Source: Trypanosoma brucei (Eukaryota). From it: a stretch of 64,000 nt of DNA. This document shows positions 33,301 through 41,903 of the stretch, one piece after another (the first letter of the stretch is position 1; each line of letters starts with the position of its first letter). The stretch is taken from contig CP000070.1 in assembly GCA_000002445.1 (NCBI GenBank), positions 192,001 to 256,000 of the forward strand, in the 5' to 3' direction. The translations under genes and the position numbers were made by a program. The notes under the pieces were generated by a model that was not told the origin of the DNA, did no database searches, and saw only the letters and a list, made by a program, of their open reading frames with translations.

Positions 33301-36300
33301 TCAAATTAGCTTGCTGCAGTTGCTCCAGCACACCGTTCTCGGTGCATATCTGGTAAACGTTCTTGTCGTTATGTGCCTTCATTGTCAGCAGACACAACAA
33401 GGTATCCACCGAGCTGAACTGCATACTTTCTTCAGGAAGCTGGGCTTTGATATCGTCTGAAGAAAAAATAAATTCAAGATACATCCAGTTCTTTTGAAGG
33501 TTAGTCCACTCTTCCATAACATTACCTACGTGTCGAAGGTTGCGAATCCATTCCTCCACACGGTCGCGAACCGGTGCAGCAAATCGTGAAGCCATTATCG
33601 TCTGAAGTTCAACTTGATTATCATCCAGTTGCTGGATTACATCTTCTAGAGCATCCAATATGAAAACACCGTCACGGTTTCTGTAAGGTTTGGTGGTGAA
33701 CGAAATCCCGTTCCATGTCTGTTTAATTTTGTCCAGGTCATTGGATATCTTCCACTCACCGGTTGCTAGCCCGACTTGCTCAGATAGTACCTCCTTGTAT
33801 TCAAGAATATTTAGGTCTTGCAAGTTCCGCAAACTCAAACCTTCGTGATAGCGATTATCCGAACCAGTGGCCTCCCTCAAAACAATATTCCAGTGGCTAT
33901 CAGTCATGTGTTTGTTACCACAATCGTGAATAACGGGCATAATCGCTCTGAGTTCTTGAAGTTCAGTTAAAAGATGCTGCCCCACTTCATCTTCATATTC
34001 CTTTTCCTGGACCTGTCTGTTCAGAGCACCGGTGCGCCTTATGAGTTGGTTGACTTCATCCTCCATGGCAGCTGTGTCCAGTTCTCTAACAGGACTATTA
34101 AACCACATTTCTCTTTGTTTCATAAACGTGTCTAAGAGTGTCCAAGCTTCACGGCGGACAAAAACCAAGCTCCTCATTTCTTTGAGAGTAGACCAGTCGA
34201 TTGGAGGCCGATCAAACAGTTTCGCATATTTGGTCAGCTGCGTTTCACTTGCCTGAATCTCGCTGAGCTTCGTATTAAGTTCCGCTAAGTACTGAATTAT
34301 CGGTTCTACGTTCTCCGTTAAAACAACAAACTCGCTGTTGGTAAGAATTTGCTTGATCGTAACGCACTCGTCTTCGACGTTGCACACGCTGTCTTCCAGC
34401 GTTTGAGTATGAAACGGCAAATTTTCTTCGATAAAGGCTTCGGCATGGAGTCGCGCTTCATCGAAGAGAATCTGAAGGGACATTGCCGTACTGACACTAC
34501 CTAGAGTTCTCTCTCTAAGTTGCTTGTCTTCGTCATCCAAAAACTCCACTTGTTGTCGGTCCATCAAATCGCACAAAGCGTCCGCCTGAGCAACAGCAGC
34601 TTCGGTTTCAGTAGTCTCGCTCACGACCTCCTTGTAATGCGCCACATACTCTGCAAACTGGCTCAGTTGACCCGGGCGTTCATTTAGCACCTGGATCTTC
34701 TGCTTGAAATACGAGTGCAGTGAAGAAATGGCCGTCCTCGTAATTTCCCGAAGTGTTGAATCAATTCCATCACGGACAATCCGCATACGAGGCTCAATTT
34801 CTGTCTTGAGCTTTGCTGCGTTAATCCATAACATATTCCCTACAAATGACGCCATCAGAACGCGTAACGTATCTTGTGCATCCTGGATTTTGTCGTACAA
34901 CTTGAACAGGGTAGAGCACGTTAACGGTCTTTCGCCCGTCTCCTCTTCCCATTGCGCCAATATATCGCTCCATTCCCTCTCCAAGAAATGAATGTGAGGG
35001 AGTGTAACGGCATACGCCTGCATCTTGGTGTTAGCCTGGGCGTAATCGTCGCCAACCAACTGAAGAATACTAGACTGAAGATAGAGCGTGCGTGCGTCAG
35101 ACTCGAGTTCACCTCCTAGCACCCAAAGAGCAGGTGCCTTGGTGAAGTGACCCTTCAGCCGCTTCTGGGAACACAACCGTGTAACCGAACCAGTAACCTC
35201 GATGCATTCGGTGATAAGCTCCGTGCAAAGAGTACGTATAGCCCTCTCAGGTGGATTAAATAACATCTGATCCTCCGTTGGCTGTAACAAAACCTGAAAA
35301 CCAACTGAACGCAGTTCTTGACTGCTCTGGATATGCAATGTGTTATACAGTGTTTTGATCGCCGAAAGGATTACACGAAACACAGTTTCCGATGTAACAC
35401 AGTCCACCATACGAATTAATTGGTCAATTTGTGAGTACTCTACTATACTGCGTTTCAGCTCACGCATTCTTTGTAACTGTTCTCCCCTGGCATCGTGCAT
35501 CGACTTCATCTTACGTTGTGAGCGAAAACTCCCCGACCCTGTAACAATGGCGTTAGCGAGTAGGTACTGCTCTAACGCCTCTTTTGTGTTTATGTCGGGA
35601 ACGTCTGCCTTGCTCTTCATAACTTCAATCAGTTTCATGACACCAGTCTCAATCTTCTCCATACACGCAACGAATGCAGCCGAAGTTTTTTGGCGCTGCT
35701 TCGCCTGCTGCGTCCGAAAGTCCTCGATAGTATAATCGTGCTTTCCCTGCGCCTCGTACAGCACCAATGGATGTGTTGTAAGGTCGTAGGAAGCGTTAAG
35801 AACTTCCAGAATAGGGGTACTGAAAGTGGATTTAGATATGAGTAAGTTCCTTGAAAGCAGCCGCCTCTTGTTGAGAAAGTCCTTAGCACGTACATTTTTG
35901 TACCACCGGAAAAAGGCTTTGTAGACGAGGTATGTCTTGAAGAAGTGTACTTTTCGAAGGACATCAAAAAGCGATGACTCCCGCATCCACTCAGCTAAAC
36001 TAACAACCTCCGAAGGGTGTCCTGGTCGGACATGGACAACCCCTGTTGCACTCATTATGTAGTGCTCCTTCTGCTCCAATCCACGCTTCATAGGGCTAAC
36101 ACATAAATCATAAGGTCTGAATTCGAGTACATGAGGAGCACGACATAAGTATACATATTTCAAATGGCTGCTCGATCCATTGGCTGCAAAAAAAGTTATA
36201 CAATCTTCAGCTGTTTTAAGTTTGCGGATGACGGCTGCATCGTCCGGAGCTACCGGGGGGACTGAGCTCTTGTTAGGTGGCCGCATTGCCCTTTGTATCA

Positions 36301-36655
36301 TACGAAGAATCTCACTGTCCTGCTCGTCTAGATGGGTACGCCAAAAGGGCCGGACCCCCGACACAGATTCAGGTTCCATGTGGTCACCATTTGCACCAGG
36401 ACCATTCAACCCTCTCTCACGGCTAAGGCTACTAGCATCACAAACTTTGTTAGCAACAGGAACACCTCCGTGACGCAAGTTATAACGGAAGTTTTCCGGC
36501 TTTTGAAACTCGTATAGCTGCACAGGATCCAACGTTCGATTAATTTCCTTCTCCACTTGTGCAGCAAGATAGGTTTGTGAGACAGTTTTCCCTCTCTCAG
36601 TCGACTGGTATAAGGTCTCAAGAAATTCAGAACTGCTATCCCTCTTCGACTGCAT
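24317..36655 (-). CDS. dynein heavy chain (4112 aa); the size and short tail suggest an axonemal inner-arm, single-headed type
   Basis: Four AAA P-loops in dynein order: GPAGTGKTESVKDLGKALA (AAA1), GQTFSGKST (AAA2), GVTGTGKS (AAA3), GMGGTGRQS (AAA4). A coiled-coil stalk region and a C-terminal domain are present, and the 12.3-kb ORF is continuous. Confidence 0.95.
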   Translation of the reverse strand: MQSKRDSSSEFLETLYQSTERGKTVSQTYLAAQVEKEINRTLDPVQLYEFQKPENFRYNLRHGGVPVANKVCDASSLSRERGLNGPGANGDHMEPESVSGVRPFWRTHLDEQDSEILRMIQRAMRPPNKSSVPPVAPDDAAVIRKLKTAEDCITFFAANGSSSHLKYVYLCRAPHVLEFRPYDLCVSPMKRGLEQKEHYIMSATGVVHVRPGHPSEVVSLAEWMRESSLFDVLRKVHFFKTYLVYKAFFRWYKNVRAKDFLNKRRLLSRNLLISKSTFSTPILEVLNASYDLTTHPLVLYEAQGKHDYTIEDFRTQQAKQRQKTSAAFVACMEKIETGVMKLIEVMKSKADVPDINTKEALEQYLLANAIVTGSGSFRSQRKMKSMHDARGEQLQRMRELKRSIVEYSQIDQLIRMVDCVTSETVFRVILSAIKTLYNTLHIQSSQELRSVGFQVLLQPTEDQMLFNPPERAIRTLCTELITECIEVTGSVTRLCSQKRLKGHFTKAPALWVLGGELESDARTLYLQSSILQLVGDDYAQANTKMQAYAVTLPHIHFLEREWSDILAQWEEETGERPLTCSTLFKLYDKIQDAQDTLRVLMASFVGNMLWINAAKLKTEIEPRMRIVRDGIDSTLREITRTAISSLHSYFKQKIQVLNERPGQLSQFAEYVAHYKEVVSETTETEAAVAQADALCDLMDRQQVEFLDDEDKQLRERTLGSVSTAMSLQILFDEARLHAEAFIEENLPFHTQTLEDSVCNVEDECVTIKQILTNSEFVVLTENVEPIIQYLAELNTKLSEIQASETQLTKYAKLFDRPPIDWSTLKEMRSLVFVRREAWTLLDTFMKQREMWFNSPVRELDTAAMEDEVNQLIRRTGALNRQVQEKEYEDEVGQHLLTELQELRAIMPVIHDCGNKHMTDSHWNIVLREATGSDNRYHEGLSLRNLQDLNILEYKEVLSEQVGLATGEWKISNDLDKIKQTWNGISFTTKPYRNRDGVFILDALEDVIQQLDDNQVELQTIMASRFAAPVRDRVEEWIRNLRHVGNVMEEWTNLQKNWMYLEFIFSSDDIKAQLPEESMQFSSVDTLLCLLTMKAHNDKNVYQICTENGVLEQLQQANLNIDYIQKKLEECLETKRAAFPRFYFLSNDELLSILSDVRNPKAVQPHLTKCFDSIASLIFSGDTYSEISGMMSGDGEEVEFEKVVYPIGNVEKWLCQIESMMRASLLMHMRKTVEAYTPEARETWFFNHPAQCIQAVDMVVWTQEVEEAIRAGSLLEYHEHYQQQIFQTVNLVKGSLTKLQRTLVCTLIVLNVHNRDIVYTLHESSVTSLSDFAWAQQLRYYWEATDSVKSGMSVGIHHCDAHLWYGYEYLGNQPRLVITPLTDRAFLTCTSALAMNLGAAPQGPAGTGKTESVKDLGKALARQVVVFNCSDGINYKTMSRMFAGLAQAGAWACFDEFNRIELEVLSVVAQQMLDITSALAQRLESMSFDGHMIKLSRNFGVFITMNPGYAGRTELPDNLKALFRPICMMIPDYALIAEIMFYSEGFKDARTLARKMVQLYKLSSEQLSKQDHYDFGMRAVKSILVLAGGLKRQHPNDDEDMLLIRAMRDANVPKFLRDDTILFMALIKDLFPTVKIEETQSDLLVRYVREDMEKKGLQVVEGLITKTLQLYDTLVVRHGVMLVGQTFSGKSTIMHVVQGALTQIKADGHDPEGNIPLFNTIHIHLLNPKSVTMGELYGQVNEITREWTDGIISNIARTITRVAQELPDRQWIVFDGPVDAIWIENMNTVLDDNKLLCLFNGERIKLPSTATFMFEVQDLAVASPATVSRCGMVFTEPFYVDGGRGWIPLAKSLVTKKASMFPRFRADRVSELLERFLPMSLDFIRKECREWIGSVDAQLAVSCIELLAAFMKTIDEEDLLPPLLRTKEAKPQNDDVYLLPETTYSGVKLVPSEPEEFKAPEIAYEQVSADDETLLDMYFLMSFVWSVGGNLRDDSRERFSAFVKKHFEELLPGKIAADDGNSVYDYVVHKASMRFVTWRHLVPTFCFSPELPYFDLIVPTAETVSVITLFGVLVANSRHVLLNGVTGTGKSLAVMDFVTGTLRGDDPEGPWEYFDTVLSAQSRARDIEDRLDGKLYKLRSNAIGPKPGKRAVFIVDDLNMPALERYGASPPLELLRQLITQGGFYDKRKSPATFKEVHDVVFLTACGVPGGGRNEMTKRLTSRFHLLCQPSFSDHSIRRIFGCILHGFLSAWEQPDVNALSSVLVEAIKECYYLISTEKLPTPKRSHYTFNLRDFSKVVQGIMQVSPTSAPTREILLNVFVHEVSRVFHDRMIDDGDRRWWWKTLSGVSQRVLKMNWDPRLENVIFGDYMRRDRSQYAEIQTGEGLIEVLREYQNGYNIESNGTCELVFFKDAIHHISRICRIFRQPRGHALLVGMGGTGRQSLCKLAAFMCNLAVHEVTITRSFNMAEFRERLKGILMESGCKDNPSVFFLTDNQIVQEEMLEDVNNLLNTGEVPGLMQNEDIDQIVEAVRPLASAAGKKEARNAIFSHFVTLCRNNVHVVLALSPVGEPFRRRLRMFPSLVNCCTIDWFDQWPADALHSVAQHIFSELPLDEEMKNGLIKLCVSIHIDVQNRSEEFFEELHRRNYTTPSSYLELLNCYHQLLSEQEEQTIAQMKRYQAGLDKLQSTQCTVDEMKEQLVQMQPKLLQAAQDTEEIMTKVKLEQESAQVVRTECSKEEEAAMAIRREADGIRAECQAELDKALPILRAAENALAELRPDDIREVKSFQKPAARVVLVLEAVLILLGERDLSWDRAKLVMGRMDFIKDLQNYKKDELTERTIRSIQKYVNNPEFQPQEVAKSSKACKSLSMWVLAINNYYEVVKVVAPKRERLAEAEAKLSVATATLREAQDRLKSIEDKINGLKRDMQENIEKKNKLEADIALTKARLNRSEQLMSGLSREQDRWHSSITFLQDEKLGLPGKVALAAGCIAYLGPFTGPYRKRMLTAWWENCKEFGVPIGNSVFDLTTLVSPAKVSSWSAAGLPQDPVSTENGVIVTKSKRWCLCIDPQGQACAWIRAMERENNLRTIRLSDPSYMRTLENAIRVGLPVLIENVEETVDAALDPVLLRQTYRSQGRLLLKLGDVEIDYDPGFRMYMTSKLPNPHYLPELQIKVTVINFTVTQGGLENQLLTDVVRYECAELEAKASNTQKDISDGKTQLKAIEDRILHLLTSSTGNILDNEPLVRTLSEAKDTSEAVTEALNLAEQTQKDIEVACNRYRPVATRGAVIYTVLSHLARVDHMYQISLDFFKQLFVKSMHRTEKVSDVDERVAILLPAVTLDSYRTVCRGLFERDKPLFVALIFSEIYRQEGIISDAEWEFLLKGSEGRSLVDIDNDSWPVWMTEAAWNELTALSMALPETFGDIKDTIYDNEDDWSTWFESDTAYEWFPSTTQGLTLFQKVLVLKACREDLTSHGLSIVCSHYLGKVFTESPAFDLEACFADSSPTAPIIFVLTAGIDPTVLFTEFAERKGFAEKKLVLSLGQDQGPKAEEMIRRGSKDGWWVYLQNCHVYESWMSTLERCVEKLHISTTLHSDFRLWLTTMPTRSFPVLLLQSGVKVVKEPPKGLKANIRDSFCNEVTPALWDGRPENPTTWRRLLCSLAYFHAVIQERRKFGPLGWNIPYEWNQSDFSASLHTLQVYVPTGVSESVPWSALRYMVGTINYGGRVTDFLDSRALVNILDAFFNENVLQPGQFNITSDGVYCIPEDVESLDAVKEYLADLPAFESPELFGMHSNADIACNRTTARNQLAVMLSVQPRTKGTAGRSPEDKVLEMVSEFQTRLPEAIDKTKAHPDTYQLTEGGVMISLGTVVSQEIDVFNSIIRKLEATLLELKRGIKGEVVMSARLESMFDACLLGQVPQIWHENSYLSRKPLASWFQDTLLRVEFFRDWNDNGMPMSFWISGFFFPQGFLTGVLQAHSRENMIPIDDIRFRTNVTRYEVVEDIVNTPKAGVLIHGLFLEGARFTFEGMSLCESNPRELYTSMPLINLEPQRLKDQDKSKPVYECPVYKTSARAGALSTTGLSTNYVISLDLSPGSSPPEHWIRRGVALLCMLDD

Positions 36656-38946
36656 TGTTTTTTTTTGTGCTTCTTCCCTTGACTAGGAGTTTTCAGTTTT
36701 GTAAAATTTATATCCGATCAAAATGGTGGAGAAAGTTATACACGAATACGCACATACGACGCAAATAATGCAAAAGATACGATGAATGCGCTAACCGCGG
36801 AAGCAAGATCGGCTCCTCGATCCCATTCGGTGGCACAGAGTCACAGACAAGTTTTCATATGCGTCACGTCTGCGCGCAAATGCATGGGGACGGAGACAGC
36901 GTGTAGTAGAGGCAAATGTGGCACGATACCCAGATGAGTAGATAACCACAATGACTCACAGCAAAATAATAATAACTCAAGTGTCCCGATGGCAAAAACT
37001 ATACAAACACAGTTGCAATGACGGCAGAATCACCAAAAGAGAAAAATCACCGCAAATAGATTGATGTGATGCTATAAATCAAATATCCCCTTTGACAAAG
37101 CGATCCAGAGACCGCGCAGTCCGTACACAACCAGCCGTTTTCCCAACATATTCGTCTAAAAATAGGCAAGTGTGCCCAATGCATCAACACGGTAATACTG
37201 TACCAAAGGTTTGCCGTGCTGACTCCATCCTAGTATCACAAACAGTCCAGAAATGCAGTCCTACGATACTTAAATCCTGGCCTACATTGAAGAAACCTAT
37301 AAGTTCATGGCATCGATGCCAACCTTCAAGTATGTCACGTCAACGTAAAATGTGAGCCCAACCAGAGCTGGAGAGTCGGCTTCATCCACTCAAACCCACC
37401 AAACTTCCCAGAAAAGGTCAAAAAAATATACACTAAATAAGCGAGTAACGAACACAATAGATCGCATGGGACCCGCAGAGCTAAAGCAACGGCCCCCAAC
37501 AAAAAAGAAAAAGACAAATACCCCAAACACGCTGCACGGACCAACACCAAACCACTTTCGCTCATTGAAAACTGGGGGAAGCCTGCGACAACTTAGTTTC
37601 CAGCGCAACTGGGAGAAGTAGAACAATGACACTTACGAAAAGCACGTTCTGGTAGGCTCCACCTAGACCAAAAGGGACGCCGATACGTCACTGCTCTGGT
37701 CGGGTGGAGCAGTCCATCGACAATGTGAGGGAAGGGGAGAGGAAATAGGCAACCGTACTTCTCTAGATCCCCTATTCGACAAACTCGGCACTTTAAATCT
37801 CAACGACTGCCTCAGGTGCAATTATCCATTTACAAATGACATTCCACCCACCTGCCATTATCCAACAGTACCTCAGTTGAAGCAAAAAGAACACAACAAG
37901 CAGGTGATCAAGGCACCCAGGAGACACAGTAGACATGCGGAACCCGCAGCACAACGAGAAAACCACAGCGACAATCCCAGGGACCACAACAACTGGAATC
38001 AAGGATCCTCCACCAACCAGCGGAACATCAGCAAGGGACACTACACACTACTAACCTCCGCAAACCACACTCCTCTCACGAATACACATAGCACAGCGGC
38101 ATCGCCTGACCACGCCAGGCGCCTTCCCATGGTGTTGCAACGCAGCGTCATCTTCCACAGTGAGAAATGTCGCAGCAGGACCCTCCGGGAAAGCCGGAGT
38201 GACGTGGTCGAGGCGGTCACACCTAAAGCGGAGCGGACCGTCATACTCGAAATGTGAAACAGTATCACCGACACCGAGGCCCCTAGCCTGGCACTCAGTA
38301 GAGAAAGTGCCCATGACCCCCACCCCTCTTTTTCAGCGCGGAAGCCAAGAACAGCTGACGTCCCAGCGTCAGAAGAATAAGACGGAGGAATACGCCGCCG
38401 GTAAAGGAGGCAGCTCCTCTTGGAGAACTAGCTATTGAATAGAACGGCACAACCGGGTTTTTTGAGGAAGCGAAAACCGTGGAGTGGAACGGGTCCGTCC
38501 GTTCCAGAATGCCACACCCGTAGCAAGAAACGGGACCCTTGCCTCCCGTTGCTGAAAGGACTGATTTGGCTGAGCGAAGAGGCCCGAACAATTGGTAGTC
38601 GCGAGAAGGGGTACGTTGTGAAAGGAACCATTCGGATTCAAGGAACTACTAACAAACTACAACGCAAGGTCCTCCCTAGATTAGTGCGTGTTAGTGGATA
38701 TGGGGTTGCAACCCCGACAAAAATGGGGGCGTCAAAGCGGTGGTACCTAGTGAATTGATTCGGTACTTTTTTGAACTTTTTGAATTTTCTTCGTGGCCCT
38801 GTGTGAGCCCGCTCGTTTCGCTGAAGCTCTCGACTCCAACCGCAAAGAGTGTTCCACGTTGCTGTTAGGGGGGTTCGTGGTCGATAACCCCTTTGTTGTT
38901 AGTATCGCGTGCCTCCATTCACCTTTTGCTTTCTGTGTTAGAGCCC

Positions 38947-39675
38947 TCACAGTCGGTAGATGGAGCAGAGAACTCCCTGCAACAGGCTCATTCCAAGAAC
39001 GTCTGCCAGCCATTTCAGCAGCCGTTGCAGCCCTATCTCTAATGCTAAGCATTCCGCTCTGTAACTGCATGAGAGTTCCCCTGCTCCGGTCTTGGGTGCG
39101 CAAATCAGCGTGTTGTTTCTATAGAGCAGGGCAGCTGCTCCGGACTTCTCGCCGAGGGACACGGATGTATCAGCCCACAATTCGTAGTGCTCTCGTCGCT
39201 GTGGCTCCTTCACCCTCCGTGCAAAATGCCGTGCAATCCACTTTTCGGAAGCCTCCCTTTTGACGTCGTCAGGGTCATCAGCGCACACAGGCTTTATCTG
39301 CGTGTGAAATAGCGGTCGGCAGCTGTGGCGGAGTGTCGATGTCTCTAGTGGGTGCTCGCGTGGCTCAATGTGGAGGTGGGGGTAGGACCGCATGATGCGG
39401 GAATGTAGGGCTCTGACTGGGTGTTTGCTGTGGTATACTTCCTCAGCACTGCGGCGCAAACATCCGCCTCGTGACTCACACATCAGCATGAATTTCATGC
39501 TGCGCACAAGAGTGGCCGTCTTGAGTGGCAGGAGGTTTGCTTCCAGCAGAGAGTCCTCTTTGCGCGTCCCATGCGGTATGCCGGCTATGATGCGACTACC
39601 CTTGTGTTGTGCTGCTGCAAGGAGGTCGCGACTTCGTTCCGAAGCGTCCCAGTACCATACCTCAATGCCATACAT
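38947..39675 (-). pseudogene. retroelement-derived RNase H-like ORF fragment (degenerate ingi/L1Tc-type non-LTR retrotransposon relic)
   Basis: The 242-aa minus ORF ends ...ELWADTSVSLGEKSGAAALLYRNNTLICAPKTGAGELSCSYRAECLALEIGLQRLLKWL. This matches the RNase H pattern (TDGS ... GGAGAVL ... NNRAELxALxxAL). It sits isolated in a non-coding strand-switch region with surrounding frames broken. Confidence 0.5.
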
Positions 39676-41903
39676 GGTGTGTGCCTGTAAGAGGTAAAAG
39701 AACCGCAGAAGCTGGTGTGCTTAGCCCTGCGTGAAAGCAGATATTGCTCCTATTTGAAGTAGCTCAGGTCAATTTTTTCGTACTGTCTGTGCAGCGCGCC
39801 CTACCATTTCAGCTGTGGAATAGTATCATAAAGAGAAACTTTTCAAGTTCTTTCAAGTCCCGCCCACACTCCATCGGCGTTTGGCGTGAGCTGTATTCAT
39901 TTCACAGAATCAAAGGATGTGCTTTTCATCTGCGTTACGTAAACTTCCATTAGGTACTCTCAAGACAATGGTGCCACCATGTCCACTTACCTCCGCAGTG
40001 TGTGTTTGATTGTTTCCTTCTTCGTTTGAGGAAGCAGCAGCGTTAGGTTATGTGCCGCTGCTCGACGCTCAACTGCTTCGTTTCCTGTACTGAGCTCAGC
40101 ATGCCCCATTGCGCCGAAGGCTTTTCACCACTGACAAATACCACAACCATACACGATGTTGGTAAGGCGCGGCTAAGGAATCCTGTTTAGTTTGGAAACC
40201 ATTTTGCTGTGCATAAACTTTGTCCAGTCCCTAACTGTTGTGGTGCGAGCTGGGCTTCAGTTATTCTTTCCCTCAATCTTCATGGAGAGCTCGTGAATGC
40301 CACTAGTTCATTTGTATTTTAATATTTCTTCTTCTTACCATCTTTCTGGATATGTAGAGGAACTCCACACTTCCATGCTGTTGGTGCAATTCCTTTCTGT
40401 GCATTCATATTGAACTGTTAAAGCACCAGTATTGGCACTGTGTGATCGAAGTAACGCAGTCACTCTCCGTGCAAGCGATTGTGGGCCGTCACTGAGGTAT
40501 GAAGTGTTTATTTTAGCGATTTTTCGGGTCCATCACTCATTGTTGGTTGGAATTCGGCGGCCTCCGTTTGTCTCAGCGGCTTTGTGTCTGAGCTGCCATA
40601 TATATCTTCTTATGTGATGCACGTGCTGCAACAAAATGTCGGGCCTTCCGAAAATCTCTGATAGCAGCTTCACCTACTGTGAGTGCCGTAATCATTGGGT
40701 GCTTGGCGATCGCAGCGAATAAGCATTCCTGATGCGCCAGTTGCAGCGGTTCTGTACTTCGTCTTGTGTGGGCGGCACGAAACACTTACGGGTCGCGTAC
40801 GGTCCAGCTACTCTCCCACAATGATGTCCAGTTTCTTCCTATTCGACCAATGGCGACACCCCACGATCTTCCTATGAAGGCCAGTAAGCTAAGGCGTCAA
40901 GTGCTGTGGTGTGACTCTGCTCCCTTAGGGAACACCTTCGTCGGTTCCAAAACTTTCGGCGCAGATCAGGTGTTTTTCAAATTCGTCTCTTCATCATATT
41001 CTAACCACCCCACAGAGTCACCAGGCAGGACTGTGAAGTGTTCTCCATTTGGCTTTGATCCATGAGCCTGTGATAGTGCTTTGACGCTAAAGGTTCAGGA
41101 TATCCGTTTTGTTTCGGCAACCATGTTGAAGAACATATGGTGGTGGCGACCACCTGCCTACTACGATGATTTCGCATGTAACGGTCAATTCCTTGACAGT
41201 GGCATATAAGTGTTGCCCTTCCGTGCTGTCGCGTGTGCACGGTGTATTCGGTAGTATTACAGAACGGAAAATTGTTATTTATGCACCACTTTATAAGGGA
41301 CCAATGCCTGGTGTTCGGTGGGGGTTGCGTGATCTCACGCCAAGGCGCATGCATTAGAATTCGTGTCGACATGTTGCGGGCGCCGACCTGCTTTTTGCTC
41401 AAAGGTTGGATATGGTGAGCATACGACGTCGTAGCAGCGGCAATTGGCATCTTTCTAGTTGGTTGCATTCCGGAGTGCACATGCCCGGTGCATTCAATGA
41501 TGGTACCGGCCGCCTCTGCCATCAGATCTTCCCCAGCGAGTGTGTGTAAGTCGCCGCCGTCACGGTTGTAAGCTATGCTATGACGTTGGCGACCGGAAAT
41601 GCTAAAGTGCCCCGGGTTTCTTTTGTCGTCTTTGCTGTCCTCGGCTGACAGAAGACCATCTTTTCGTAATAGAGGTTTTTGCGGAGTATTGATTTCTTTC
41701 CTTTTGGAACTCTGCGCAGTTCCTCCGCTTTTCGCGTGAGGGTAGGCCTGAGTCGTCCTTCGAATCACAGGACGGCGGCACCTCACTCCGGAAAATATTC
41801 GTGACGGCGCGGTACCGCGTTCGCAGTGACTGGGAAGGAAGAAAAGCGGTGCTCTGGCGCGGCACGGCTGGTCCCTCTGCGTTGCCCTGGCATCTGTGGA
41901 CAT
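38947..41903 (-). mobile_element. possible extent of a degenerate non-LTR retrotransposon relic (DIRE-like), including an upstream 300-aa basic ORF (41001-41903)
   Basis: The RNase H-like fragment at the 3' side and a co-oriented 300-aa ORF upstream in an otherwise ORF-poor region. No intact RT motifs were identified by eye, so the extent is a guess. Confidence 0.3.

Noticed and set aside
38590-38665. tRNA-like fragments (attggtagtcgcg ... ccattcggattcaagg) in the strand-switch region
   Set aside because: Attempts to fold them into an acceptor/D/T-arm cloverleaf failed: T-stem complementarity is absent and a G sits at the conserved A58 position. They are not reported as a tRNA.
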